Positions 28,850 to 39,748 of a stretch of DNA of 64,000 nucleotides are shown piece by piece; positions within the stretch are counted from its first letter, which is position 1, and each line of letters begins with the position of its first letter. Both the position numbers and the translations under genes were made by a program. The DNA is from Trebonia sp. (GTDB lineage: Bacteria > Actinomycetota > Actinomycetes > Streptosporangiales > Streptosporangiaceae): contig DASWAE010000016.1 of the NCBI GenBank assembly GCA_036391275.1, forward strand, positions 4,966 to 68,965, written 5' to 3'. Under the pieces are notes generated by a model. The model did no database searches. It was not told where the DNA came from and saw nothing but the letters and a program-made list of their open reading frames with translations.

Positions 28850-29642
28850 GCTCCCCGGCGGCCCCGTCGCAGCGGCGGGCCGCCTGCTTAACCGCATCGT
28901 CACGCTCTGCTGGGTGGAGATGCGCAAGATCCGGCACGACAGGACCGAGCTCTACACCCGGGCCGTCCAGCCGGCGCTGTGGCTGCTGATCTACGGCGAG
29001 GTGTTCACCCGCGTGCGCGCGATCCCCACCCCGGAGGGGATCCCGTACCTCGCCTACCTCGCGCCGGGCATCATGGCACAGTCCGCGCTGTTCATCGCGA
29101 TCTTCTACGGCATCCAGATCATCTGGGAACGCGACGCCGGCGTGCTGACCAAGCTGATGGTGACCCCGACGCCGCGTTCGGCCCTGATCACGGGGAAGGC
29201 CTTCGCGTCCAGCGTCCGGTCGCTTGTCCAGGGCGTGGCCGTGGTCATCATCGCCATCCTGCTCGGGGTCTCCTTCACGGACAACCCGCTCAAGCTGGTC
29301 GCCGCGGCCATCATCCTGGCGCTCGGCTCGGCCTTCTTCTCCTGCCTGTCGATGTCGATCGCCGGCGTGGTGGTGGCCAGGGACCGGCTCATGGGCATCG
29401 GCCAGGCGATCACGATGCCGCTCTTCTTCAGTTCCTCCGCCCTCTACCCGGCGCAGGTCATGCCCGGCTGGCTCCAGGCGATCTCCAAGGTCAACCCGCT
29501 CAGCTACGAGGTCGAGGCCCTCCGCGGCCTCCTCATCGGCACCGCGACGACCCTGTGGCTGGACGCGACCGTCCTGGCCGGCGCGACGATCGCGGCCATC
29601 ACCGGCGCCGCTCTCCTCCTCCCCCGCCTAGCCAACAAGTAA
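28806..29642 (+). CDS. ABC-2 type transporter permease
   Basis: 6 TM; 'YLAYLAPGI', 'WERDAG.L..L.VTP', 'MPGWLQ.IS..NPLSY'. Confidence 0.92.
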   Translation: MTYVAPGAPPAGLAELPGGPVAAAGRLLNRIVTLCWVEMRKIRHDRTELYTRAVQPALWLLIYGEVFTRVRAIPTPEGIPYLAYLAPGIMAQSALFIAIFYGIQIIWERDAGVLTKLMVTPTPRSALITGKAFASSVRSLVQGVAVVIIAILLGVSFTDNPLKLVAAAIILALGSAFFSCLSMSIAGVVVARDRLMGIGQAITMPLFFSSSALYPAQVMPGWLQAISKVNPLSYEVEALRGLLIGTATTLWLDATVLAGATIAAITGAALLLPRLANK

Positions 29643-29802
29643 GGGCGCCAGCGGAGCGGGCGCGGAGGGACGGTGCCGGCGCCGAAGGTCACGGTGTCAG
29701 CCGGGAGCGGCGGGGCGAGGGGCTGCGGCCCGCGCAGTCGTGCCTCCAAGACCGCGCGCGGGCCGCACTCCACTTTCTCAACATCGCGGTGTGTAAGAGG
29801 AC

Positions 29803-30232
29803 CTCGACCAAGACCCGCCCACCGGTGCCGACTAGGAAGTCCCGCAGTTCCTTCTGCTGACCGAACTTGGCCAGGTTGCCTGCGACCACCAGGTCAAAGC
29901 GCCGCTCGGCCCAGCGCCGCTCGTCGAAGCCGCGCACCTGCCGGCCAAGTTCCTTCGCCGCTCGCGGATGGGGTGCATCCCGGATCCGGGCCGCCATCTC
30001 CGCGTCGCCGAATAGCCGCGCCTTGGCGGCCATCATGAAGTGCTCAGCCGAGGCGTACGTCTCGCCGTCCACCGTGAATGCTGACGGCCACCACTGGCTG
30101 AAGCAGCCTTTCCCTACCCCGCCGCCCGGTGGCGGCTGATGCCCCCAGAACGCCAGGAACTTGGGCCGGACGCCGGCCCGGATGACGCTGATCAACTGAT
30201 CGACGGTGCGCGTCCGCTGCGGTAACGGGCAT
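29803..30232 (-). pseudogene. NADAR (YbiA/RibX-like) family gene, truncated and apparently frameshifted
   Basis: 'FWGH..CFSQWW..AEHFMMAAKARLFGD..AKELGRQVRGF..KFGQ..RVLVE', then homology stops before the expected ASPxDxIWG. The likely ATG (30232) is out of frame with the body. Confidence 0.8.
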
Positions 30233-30261
30233 GGCGCAAGTGGTATCAAACCGGTCAGCGG

Positions 30262-30458
30262 AAGTCACTTCGTTCAGCCGCGACGGAACTGCCTGTCCCT
30301 TGGCGAACGCCGGAAGGGAGGCCTCGTACGGCTTGGCAAGAAAACGAAGTTCATATGGTGCGGCGGCGCCACAGCTCAGCCTCCGCAGACGGGGGCACTG
30401 CGTGGCGAGCAAGGTCCACAAACGGACGGGGGCACCGCGTGGCGCAGCGCCGCCGCAC
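30262..30458 (-). ncRNA. Candidate structured small RNA or leader (unassigned family)
   Basis: 12-bp perfect closing helix 30447-30458/30358-30369 starting at the predicted TSS; two 20-nt C-rich direct repeats inside; second irregular hairpin 30267-30350. Confidence 0.5.
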
Positions 30459-30464
30459 ACCGTC

Positions 30465-30493
30465 ACCATACAAGGTTGCGGAAACGCAAACAA
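30465..30493 (-). promoter_or_regulatory. Housekeeping-sigma-like promoter for the candidate RNA
   Basis: TTGTTT-N17-TATGGT on the - strand; +1 predicted near 30458. Confidence 0.55.
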
Positions 30494-30589
30494 GTCGGGA
30501 AGATCGGGACACGCTGTAAATATGCGTCACTTTCGTAGCGAGCTAGGTCACACCGGACGAGCCTGCTCAGCGGCCCTAAGCTTGGTCTC

Positions 30590-32236
<1,647 letters not shown>

Positions 32237-32255
32237 ACGCTGATATGGTCCGGCT

Positions 32256-34730
32256 ATGCCCCCTATGACAGGACGGGTTATCGCCGGGCGGTACAACCTG
32301 CAGCACCCCATTGGCCGTGGCGCCATGGGCGTCGTTTGGCGTGCGCGCGACCAGCTCCTTGACCGCGACGTGGCGGTCAAGGAAGTCGTCATCTCGGCCC
32401 TGATCGGCGCGGAGGAACGGCGTACCGCTTACCAGCGAACGCTGCGTGAGGCGCGGACGGCCGCGCGCCTCTCGCACCGCGGCGTCGTCACCGTCTACGA
32501 CGTTGCCGAGGAGGACGGCCGGCCGTGGATCGTGATGGAGCTCATCCCGTCGCAGTCACTTGACCAGGTGCTCACGGTGCAAGGACGGCTTTCCGTGGTA
32601 CGGGTCTGCTCCATCGGCCAGCAGCTGCTGTCCGCGCTTGCCGCCGCGCACACGGCCGGGGTGCTGCACCGGGACGTGAAGCCGAGCAACGTGCTCATCG
32701 CCAACAGCAAGGTCGGGGACACCTGGGAAGAACGAGCCGTGCTCACCGACTTCGGTATCGCGCAGTTCGAGGGTGACCCGCGGCTGACCCAGACCGGGAT
32801 GGTGATGGGCTCACCCGGGTTCACCGCCCCTGAGCGCATCCGGGGCGGCGACGCCACGCCCGCGTCCGACCTGTGGTCGCTCGGCGCGACCATCTTCGCG
32901 GCGGTGGAGGGACGGGGTCCCTTTGAGCAGCGGGGCGGCGCGATCACCACGATGTCCGCCATCATCAATGAGGACGCGCCCGTAGCGGCGCACGCCGCCC
33001 AGCTCGCGCCGCTTATCGCGGCGCTGCTCCGCCGCGACCCGTCAGCCCGGCCGTCCGCCGGGGCCGCGGCGCGGTTGTTCGCGCAAGTGCTGCCGGAGCT
33101 AACGGACGCCCCCGCGAAACCGCCGGCGCCGGCCCACCCGCCGACGATCCTGTCCGCCCACGTGCCGTCGCCCGCAGCGGACGCGGCGCCCGCGGCGCTC
33201 GCGGCAGTCAGCGCCCGCGAGGACGCCCGCGCCGACGAGGGGCCCGCCCCGGCCGAGGCCGCCGACGTGGCGGCCGTGGACGAGCCGGCCGCCGTCGCCG
33301 CCGCTGAGCCGGCCCGGGCAGCGCAGGACCTGGCGGCCAAGGAGGGTGCCGCCGCGCCGGCAGGCCCGGATTCCGCAGCCGAAGCCGAACCCGCCGCTGA
33401 CGCCGGCCCCGCGGCTGAACGTGAGGCCGAGCCTGTACCCGGGCCGGTGCCCGATGAAGAACCAGAGTCCGCGGCCGGTGTCGCACCGTCCACGATGCCG
33501 AGCCCGGTGATCGCCGAGGCGCCGGCCGCCGAGGCGGTACCCGCTGCCGCGGCGGCGGTGGATCCGGGCGCCCCGACGGTCTTCCCCGACCCCGCCGTGG
33601 TGGAAGCGGCAAGCGCGGGCGGCGAAACCGTGGTTTCCGGCAAGGGGTCCGGGTACCAGCCGACGGAGCGCGCGATCCCAGTGACCCGCGTGTCACCGCC
33701 GGAGCCGGCTAAGAAGCCGGCGGAGCAGCGGCCGACCCCGCCGCGGCCAGCGGAACAGCGGCCGGCCTCGCCCAAGCCGACCTTCACCGCCGCCAAGCCG
33801 ACGGAACGCCCGGCCCCGAGCTACTCGGCGGCCAGCCCGGCTCGCCCTCAGCCTCCTGCCCCGGCGCCAGAGCGGCGCCCGGCATACGGCGGCGCGAGCG
33901 GCGCAGGGCAGGCCTACACCGGGAGCGGCACCACGCCACTCCCGCCCGCGGGCGGGCAGTACGCGGGCCCGTCGCAGTCCTACCCCGACCTTGTCAAGCA
34001 GTACACGCAGGGCACCGGCGGCGGCCGGGCCGGGCGCGGCGGCGGCAGCGGGCGGCAGATTGCCTGGCTGGCGGTGGCCGTCGTCATCGCCGCCGGCGTT
34101 GGCGTGGGCGCGGCGCTCGCGCTGAACCGGCACAACGGCAGCGGCTCGCCGAACACGGTTCAGTCAACCGGCAGCGGGTTCGTCGCGGACACCCCGACGG
34201 GCTTCAAGTCCGTCGACGCGCTCAATAACCCGTCGGCCGTGCTGCCGTCCGGCTGGTCGCACGTGACCGTGACGGCGGCCGAACTGGGCGCCCCGGCCGT
34301 CGCCGGGTTCTCGATCGACCTGCCGCCAGGCTGGAACGAGCAGCGGTCCAGCCAGGCCACCGTGTTCAGCGGCCCCGGTGACATGGTGGTCGAAGTCGAC
34401 CTGACCCCGCAGCACAACACCGACATGCTCGCCGCGGCCACCAATCTCGAGAAGGAAAGCGTGGCCCAGGGCAAGTTCCCCGGCTACAAGCGAGAGAACC
34501 TGCAGGAGGTTCCGGTCAGGAACACCAGGGGCGCCATATGGAAGTTCACCTGGACGCCGGCTGGAAGCCCTCGGCTGGTCGCGGACGACATCCTGTTCGC
34601 CAAGGCGCTGCCCGGGGGGACGCAGGACTACGCCATCTACATCCGGTCTCCGCAGAGCACGTTCGGCGGCACGGCGCTGCCCCTGTTCCAGCAGATCCTG
34701 CCAACCTTCGATACCGTCCCGGCCAGCTAG
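32256..34730 (+). CDS. Hanks-type Ser/Thr protein kinase with long Ala/Pro/Glu linker, TM and extracellular domain
   Basis: IGRGAMG, VAVK, HRDVKPSN, DFG, APE, SDLWSLG; TM near residue 605. Confidence 0.93.
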   Translation: MPPMTGRVIAGRYNLQHPIGRGAMGVVWRARDQLLDRDVAVKEVVISALIGAEERRTAYQRTLREARTAARLSHRGVVTVYDVAEEDGRPWIVMELIPSQSLDQVLTVQGRLSVVRVCSIGQQLLSALAAAHTAGVLHRDVKPSNVLIANSKVGDTWEERAVLTDFGIAQFEGDPRLTQTGMVMGSPGFTAPERIRGGDATPASDLWSLGATIFAAVEGRGPFEQRGGAITTMSAIINEDAPVAAHAAQLAPLIAALLRRDPSARPSAGAAARLFAQVLPELTDAPAKPPAPAHPPTILSAHVPSPAADAAPAALAAVSAREDARADEGPAPAEAADVAAVDEPAAVAAAEPARAAQDLAAKEGAAAPAGPDSAAEAEPAADAGPAAEREAEPVPGPVPDEEPESAAGVAPSTMPSPVIAEAPAAEAVPAAAAAVDPGAPTVFPDPAVVEAASAGGETVVSGKGSGYQPTERAIPVTRVSPPEPAKKPAEQRPTPPRPAEQRPASPKPTFTAAKPTERPAPSYSAASPARPQPPAPAPERRPAYGGASGAGQAYTGSGTTPLPPAGGQYAGPSQSYPDLVKQYTQGTGGGRAGRGGGSGRQIAWLAVAVVIAAGVGVGAALALNRHNGSGSPNTVQSTGSGFVADTPTGFKSVDALNNPSAVLPSGWSHVTVTAAELGAPAVAGFSIDLPPGWNEQRSSQATVFSGPGDMVVEVDLTPQHNTDMLAAATNLEKESVAQGKFPGYKRENLQEVPVRNTRGAIWKFTWTPAGSPRLVADDILFAKALPGGTQDYAIYIRSPQSTFGGTALPLFQQILPTFDTVPAS

Positions 34731-34739
34731 ACGGACAAG

Positions 34740-34781
34740 ACGAAAGGGGAGGCCCGGGTTGGACCGGGCCTCCCCTTTCGT
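34740..34781. terminator. Bidirectional intrinsic terminator
   Basis: CGAAAGGGGAGGCCCGG-GTTGGA-CCGGGCCTCCCCTTTCG between convergent genes. Confidence 0.85.
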
Positions 34782-34796
34782 TGTCTCCCTGCTGGC

Positions 34797-35462
34797 TTAA
34801 TACCAGTTGCTGGCCTGCTCGTGAGCCCACGCGCCGCACGGAGAGCCGTAGCGGCTCTGGATGTAGGTCAGGCCCCACTTGATCTGCGTGGCCGCGTTGG
34901 TCTGCCAGTCGGAGCCAGCGCTCGCCATCTGCGAACCGGGCAGCGCCTGCGGGATGCCGTACGCACCGGAGCTCGGGTTCTGGGCGGTCAGGCTCCAGCC
35001 GCTCTCGTGCTCCCACAGCGGGTTGAGGCACGAGAACTGGCTGCTCGACCAGCCGAACTGACCAAGCATCTGCTGGGCGATCTGCCGTGGCGATCCCGAC
35101 GGGGTGTATGAGGCCGCCTGCGCCTTGACGGCCGCGTTGGCTGCCGCCCTGGCCTTCGCGGCCTTAGCCGCGGCGACCTCCTGCTGGTGCTCGGCTTGCA
35201 TGGCACGCATCTTGCCGAGGATGAGCGTCTGCTGCGCGCTGCCGGAGGCGCCGTCCGCGTGTGCCGCACGTATGGCCGCCGCGTTGCCGCTGACCGAGGT
35301 CAGGTAGGCGTCGGACGCGCCCGCCGCCGCGGTCGAGGCCGCGAGCGTGACTCCCGCCACGGAGATGACCGTGGCCAGCGACAGAGTCCCCGCGGTAGCA
35401 GCCGTAATCACCCGGGCACGCTTGGTGGACATGAAAGTGGGCAGGGAGAAGCGCCGTGCCAA
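34797..35462 (-). CDS. Secreted lytic transglycosylase (SLT/Rpf-like C-terminal domain)
   Basis: 'CLNPLWEHESGW..A.NPSSGAYGIPQALPG..TQIKWGLTYI..RYGSPCGAW'; signal peptide. Start is TTG 35462 or ATG 35432. Confidence 0.88.
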   Translation of the reverse strand: MARRFSLPTFMSTKRARVITAATAGTLSLATVISVAGVTLAASTAAAGASDAYLTSVSGNAAAIRAAHADGASGSAQQTLILGKMRAMQAEHQQEVAAAKAAKARAAANAAVKAQAASYTPSGSPRQIAQQMLGQFGWSSSQFSCLNPLWEHESGWSLTAQNPSSGAYGIPQALPGSQMASAGSDWQTNAATQIKWGLTYIQSRYGSPCGAWAHEQASNWY

Positions 35463-35925
35463 AATATGACCTTCGATAGCTCGCGTGGTGCGCGATCGTT
35501 TCCCACCTCTGACACCACGATCCGCGTATTAGGTAAACGCGGCAGGCATCGGCGCGCGAACGCGACGCGGGGACAAGGCGCCGGACTGCCCGAGGCAGCC
35601 ATCATCTCGCGAGCGAGGTGCTGTTATCTGCTAACAATTAACAATGCCAGGAACAATCGGTTGCCGCAGCCACATTCCGGCGTTCAGCGCAGCGTGGATA
35701 CCCTGCTGGGCCGGCGATCGGCACGAAACGCCGCTCTCATCAGGGATTCTTGTTACCCGAGGGTAGCAATTGTGAAGTAGGCCACTCAAGCCGATTATCG
35801 CAATTCTTGTACGATAAGTAACTGAATGATTACTAAGTGCTTATAAGTGCCTTAACAATGAGTAACTGAACAGTAGCAAACAGTTTGTATTTGCCGAGAG
35901 TATACGCTCAGAATATAGTGGCCTC

Positions 35926-36453
35926 ATGAGCGTCCCACTGACCCTGCTGGGGCTCCTGGAGCGGGAGCCGAGCCACGGCTACGACCTCAAGCGCGACTAC
36001 GACGTGTTCTTCGGGCGCGGGAAGCAGCTGCCGTTCGGTCAGGTGTACGCCACGCTCGGCCGGCTGGCCCGCGATGGCCAGGTGACCGCCGGCGACGCGG
36101 AACCGGGTGGCGGCCCGGACCGCAAGCGCTACGTGATCACCGACACCGGCCGGCACGCCGTTGACACCTGGCTTGCCGAGCCGGTGGAACCGGAGCCGCA
36201 CCTGCAGACGGTGCTGTTCGCCAAGGTTACGCTGTCGCTGATGCTCGGCAAGCCGGCCGCCGCCTACCTCGATACCCAGCGGGCCGCGCACCTGCGGCGC
36301 ATGCAGGAACTCACCGAGGTTAAGCGGACCGGCCCGCTGGTCGACACCCTGCTCGCCGACCACGCCCTCTTCCACCTGGAGGCAGACCTCCGGTGGATTG
36401 ACCTGACGTCAGCCCGGCTGGCGGATCTAGCAGAGGCGGTAAAGAACAGATGA
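35926..36453 (+). CDS. PadR family transcriptional regulator
   Basis: 'LLGLL..P.HGYDLK', 'GQVYATLGRL', 'RKRYVITDTG'. Confidence 0.92.
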   Translation: MSVPLTLLGLLEREPSHGYDLKRDYDVFFGRGKQLPFGQVYATLGRLARDGQVTAGDAEPGGGPDRKRYVITDTGRHAVDTWLAEPVEPEPHLQTVLFAKVTLSLMLGKPAAAYLDTQRAAHLRRMQELTEVKRTGPLVDTLLADHALFHLEADLRWIDLTSARLADLAEAVKNR

Positions 36454-37214
36454 ACAGCCCCGCAGTCACTCGTGGCCGGATGATCGAGACCCGCCACGTC
36501 GCCAAGCACTTCGGACAGACCTCGGCCCTGCGCGACGCGAGCCTGTCCGTTGCCCAGGGCGAGATCCTCGCGGTCATGGGGCCGAGCGGATCGGGCAAGT
36601 CGACCCTGCTGCACTGCATGGCGGGCATCTACACCCCGGATCAGGGCGAGGTGCTGTTCGACGGCCAGCTGCTCAACACCATGACCGAGGCCGACCGCAC
36701 CAAGCTGCGGCGCACCGCGTTCGGTTTCGTGTTCCAGTTCGGGCAGCTCGTGCCCGAGCTCACCGCGGCCGACAACGTGGCGCTGCCGCTGCTGCTCAAC
36801 CGGACCAAGCGGAAGGTCGCCTACAAGACCGCCGACACCTGGCTGGACAGGCTCGGCATCGGCGACAAGGGCGGCCGCCGCACCGGCGAGTTGTCTGGCG
36901 GCGAGGCACAGCGGGTCGCGGTCGCGCGGGCGCTCGCGCTGGCCCCCAAGGTGATCTTCGCCGACGAGCCGACCGGCTCGCTCGACTCGCTGACCGGCGA
37001 GAAGGTGATGGACCTGATGACGGGGCTGGCCCGCGAGCAGGGCAGCACGGTGCTCATCGTTACCCACGACGCGCGGGTCGCCGCGTACGCCGAACGCGTG
37101 GTCATGGTCCGCGACGGCCAGCTCACCCTGGGCGACCTGCAGGCAGCGCCGTCCCCAGGGCGGCACGGCGCGCCCGCGCCCGCCGCCTCCTCTGCCGCGA
37201 AGGGCACAAACTGA
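36450..37214 (+). CDS. ABC transporter ATP-binding protein (LolD/MacB-like)
   Basis: GPSGSGKST, FGFVFQ, LSGGEAQR, FADEPTGSLD, VTHD. Confidence 0.94.
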   Translation: MNSPAVTRGRMIETRHVAKHFGQTSALRDASLSVAQGEILAVMGPSGSGKSTLLHCMAGIYTPDQGEVLFDGQLLNTMTEADRTKLRRTAFGFVFQFGQLVPELTAADNVALPLLLNRTKRKVAYKTADTWLDRLGIGDKGGRRTGELSGGEAQRVAVARALALAPKVIFADEPTGSLDSLTGEKVMDLMTGLAREQGSTVLIVTHDARVAAYAERVVMVRDGQLTLGDLQAAPSPGRHGAPAPAASSAAKGTN

Positions 37215-39541
37215 TGCTCCCGCTAAGCCTGCGGCTCACGCTGCACAGCGGACGCGAGGCCCTCGTCCGCCTGCTGATCACCGCCGCGGCGGTCGCGGTC
37301 GGCGTCGCGCTGCTGCTCGGCGTGCTCGGCGAGCTGCACGCCTTCGAGTCCAACGCGTACAAGGCGTGCTGGTCCTGCACGCAGGGCGCAAGCGTGCCGG
37401 CCGCGTTGCCGGCCCATGGCGAGCTGTGGAACAACAGCGTCGACTTCTACCGGGGCCAGACCATCAGCCGGCTGGACGTCGCGGCGCTCGGCCCCAACGC
37501 GCCGTTGCCGCCCGGCGTCTCAGGCCTGCCGGCTCCCGGTACGTACTACGCTTCTCCCGCGCTCGCGGCGCTGCTCGCGGCGGTGCCCGCCGACCAGCTC
37601 GGTGCCCGCTTCCCCGGCAGGCTCGCCGGGACGATCGGCCAGGCGGCCCTGACCGGATCGAACGAGCTGGTCATCTATATCGGCTATACGCCAGCCGCGC
37701 TGCACGCCGTGGCCGGCACCCAGTGGGTGACCTCGATCTACCCGGGGGCCGCGCACCAGGTGTTCACCCCGTTCTTCAAGGACGCCTTCTACGTCGGCAT
37801 GCTCGCCGTGCTGCTGCCCATGCTGGTGCTGATCAGCACCGCCACCCGGCTCGCCGCTGACCGGCGGGAGGAGCGGTTCGCCGCGCTGCGCCTGGTCGGC
37901 GGGACGCCGGCGGACATCCGGCTGATCGCGACGGTCGAGGCCGTGGTGAGCTCGTTCGCCGGCGCGGTGCTCGGCACCGTCATCTTCCTGCTCGCCCGGC
38001 CGCTGCTGGCCGGCTCGGCGTTCTTGGGCACGCCGTACTTCGAGTCCGACGTCACGCCGACCCTCGCCGGGTACCTGGCAATCCTGGTGATCACACCGGT
38101 CGCGGCGGCGCTAGCCGCGCTGCTCTCGCTGCGCCGGGTGCAGATATCCCCGCTCGGCGTATCGCGCCGCGCCAAGCCCAAGCCGCCGACGACCTGGCGG
38201 CTGGTCACGCTGATGATCGGCCTCGGGCTGTACCTCTACGGGCTGTCGACGACGACCTACAAGAACATCGGCATCACCACCTATCCGGGCATCCTGGTCA
38301 CGATGATCGGCCTGGTCATCGCCGGCCCGTGGCTCACCGCGCGGGCCGCCGCGCTGTTCGGACGCACGGCCCGCGGTTCCTCTGGCCTGCTCGCAAGCCG
38401 CCGGCTGGCCGACAACCCGCGCGGTGCGTTCCGGTCGGTCACCGGGCTGGTGCTCGCGGTCTTCCTCGGCACCGTGATCGGGACGCTCGTGCCCGCGATA
38501 GACGCCATCCAGCAGACGCCGGGGACCGGGGCGCTGAGCAATGTCCTGATAGGACAGGTGGGGTTGCCCGCGCCGGCGGGGCAGCAGCTGATCAGCGGGA
38601 TCAGCGCGATCCCCGGTGCCGCTGTGTACCCGCTGTACGAAGTGGCGCCACCAGGCGGGGCACCGGGTGGACCCGGGGCAGCCGGCGGCGGAACCGGGGC
38701 ATCGGCCGGCGGTAAGGGGTCCAGCGGTGGCGGGCAGGGGGTCCAGGCCCCGTCCTCCGGCGGGCAGGCCGCCGAGCCGCCGAAGCAGTACTACAGCGGT
38801 GAGGTCGCGGTCAGCTGCGCGGACCTGCGGGCGATCGGGGCGCTCGGCGAGTGCGCGGCCGGCCTCACCGCGGTGCAGACCACCGACGACTCGCTCTTCG
38901 GCGACAACCCCATCTACGACACCAGCCCGATCGTCAACTCGCACGACCCGGCCTACCCGGGCAAGCTGACAGAGCTGCCGTTGCAGACGGTCCTGGTCAA
39001 GGTGAGCAACGCCACTACGCTCGAGCGGGTGCGCACTTACCTCGCGGTACACGCGCCGCCGCAAACCGGTGGCGGGACCGGGGCGTCACCGACGCCGCCC
39101 CGGACGTTCGGCGAAACGCTGCAGATCCGGACGGCGCGCGCGGCCCTGGCCGCCAACATCGCGTACGCGATGGTGGCGCTGACCGTGGTGGTGGCCGGGT
39201 GCAGCCTCGCGGTGGCGGTTGGCGGCGGCCTCGTGGACCGCAAGCGGCCGTTCACCCTGCTGCGGGTGAGCGGTACCCAGGCTGGCGTGCTCTACCGGGT
39301 GGTGCTGCTCGAGGCCGCGCTCCCGCTGCTCGCGGCGACGATCCTGGCGGCGGCGATCGCCTACGGCACGTCGGTGCTCGCGGTCGTGCGGCTGGCGCCG
39401 GCCGGCACCGGGATCCCGCAGCTCGGTCACGACTACTACGCGATCATGGGCATCGGGCTCGTCGTCGCCTCCGGTGTCATCGCGGCCACGCTACCGCTGC
39501 TGCGCCGGATGACCGCGCCCGGGACGGTCCGCTTCGAGTAG
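37214..39541 (+). CDS. FtsX-like ABC transporter permease
   Basis: About 10 TM, FtsX-type motifs, Gly-rich insertion; paralog of the gene at 2-1960. Confidence 0.88.
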   Translation: MLPLSLRLTLHSGREALVRLLITAAAVAVGVALLLGVLGELHAFESNAYKACWSCTQGASVPAALPAHGELWNNSVDFYRGQTISRLDVAALGPNAPLPPGVSGLPAPGTYYASPALAALLAAVPADQLGARFPGRLAGTIGQAALTGSNELVIYIGYTPAALHAVAGTQWVTSIYPGAAHQVFTPFFKDAFYVGMLAVLLPMLVLISTATRLAADRREERFAALRLVGGTPADIRLIATVEAVVSSFAGAVLGTVIFLLARPLLAGSAFLGTPYFESDVTPTLAGYLAILVITPVAAALAALLSLRRVQISPLGVSRRAKPKPPTTWRLVTLMIGLGLYLYGLSTTTYKNIGITTYPGILVTMIGLVIAGPWLTARAAALFGRTARGSSGLLASRRLADNPRGAFRSVTGLVLAVFLGTVIGTLVPAIDAIQQTPGTGALSNVLIGQVGLPAPAGQQLISGISAIPGAAVYPLYEVAPPGGAPGGPGAAGGGTGASAGGKGSSGGGQGVQAPSSGGQAAEPPKQYYSGEVAVSCADLRAIGALGECAAGLTAVQTTDDSLFGDNPIYDTSPIVNSHDPAYPGKLTELPLQTVLVKVSNATTLERVRTYLAVHAPPQTGGGTGASPTPPRTFGETLQIRTARAALAANIAYAMVALTVVVAGCSLAVAVGGGLVDRKRPFTLLRVSGTQAGVLYRVVLLEAALPLLAATILAAAIAYGTSVLAVVRLAPAGTGIPQLGHDYYAIMGIGLVVASGVIAATLPLLRRMTAPGTVRFE

Positions 39542-39555
39542 GCCGTTTCGCGTCC

Positions 39556-39589
39556 GGCGGCTGCGCACAGCGGCGTCTGCGCAGCCGCC
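39556..39589. terminator. GC-rich stem-loop downstream of permease
   Basis: GGCGGCTGCGCA-N10-TGCGCAGCCGCC. Confidence 0.55.
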
Positions 39590-39748
39590 TGCGAACTCAC
39601 TGCGCACAGGCTGCGGCGGGCAACGGCGACGCTCCCGACCAGCGACTACCGCCGCCAAGGGCCGGTGAAAGGAGCCCGGCGAATCCGCGAGCTTTATCCC
39701 GCCTCCACCGCAAGGCCGGGCGAAGGCGGGAGCATCACGATAAGGGGC

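Noticed and set aside
30300-30330. SRP RNA (CCGGAAGG resembles the GGAA tetraloop region)
   Set aside because: Lacks the flanking CAGG and AGCAG internal-loop motifs.
30388-30444. Two 20-bp direct repeats with a 17-bp spacer as a mini-CRISPR
   Set aside because: Only two units, spacer too short, no cas genes; better explained as internal motifs of a structured RNA.
35463-35780. c-di-AMP (ydaO) riboswitch upstream of the transglycosylase genes
   Set aside because: Plausible by context and a CGCTGAA is present, but I could not find the GGGGA.CC, GGGTGAA or CCCGTCAGCTAAC elements here or at 40619-40900.
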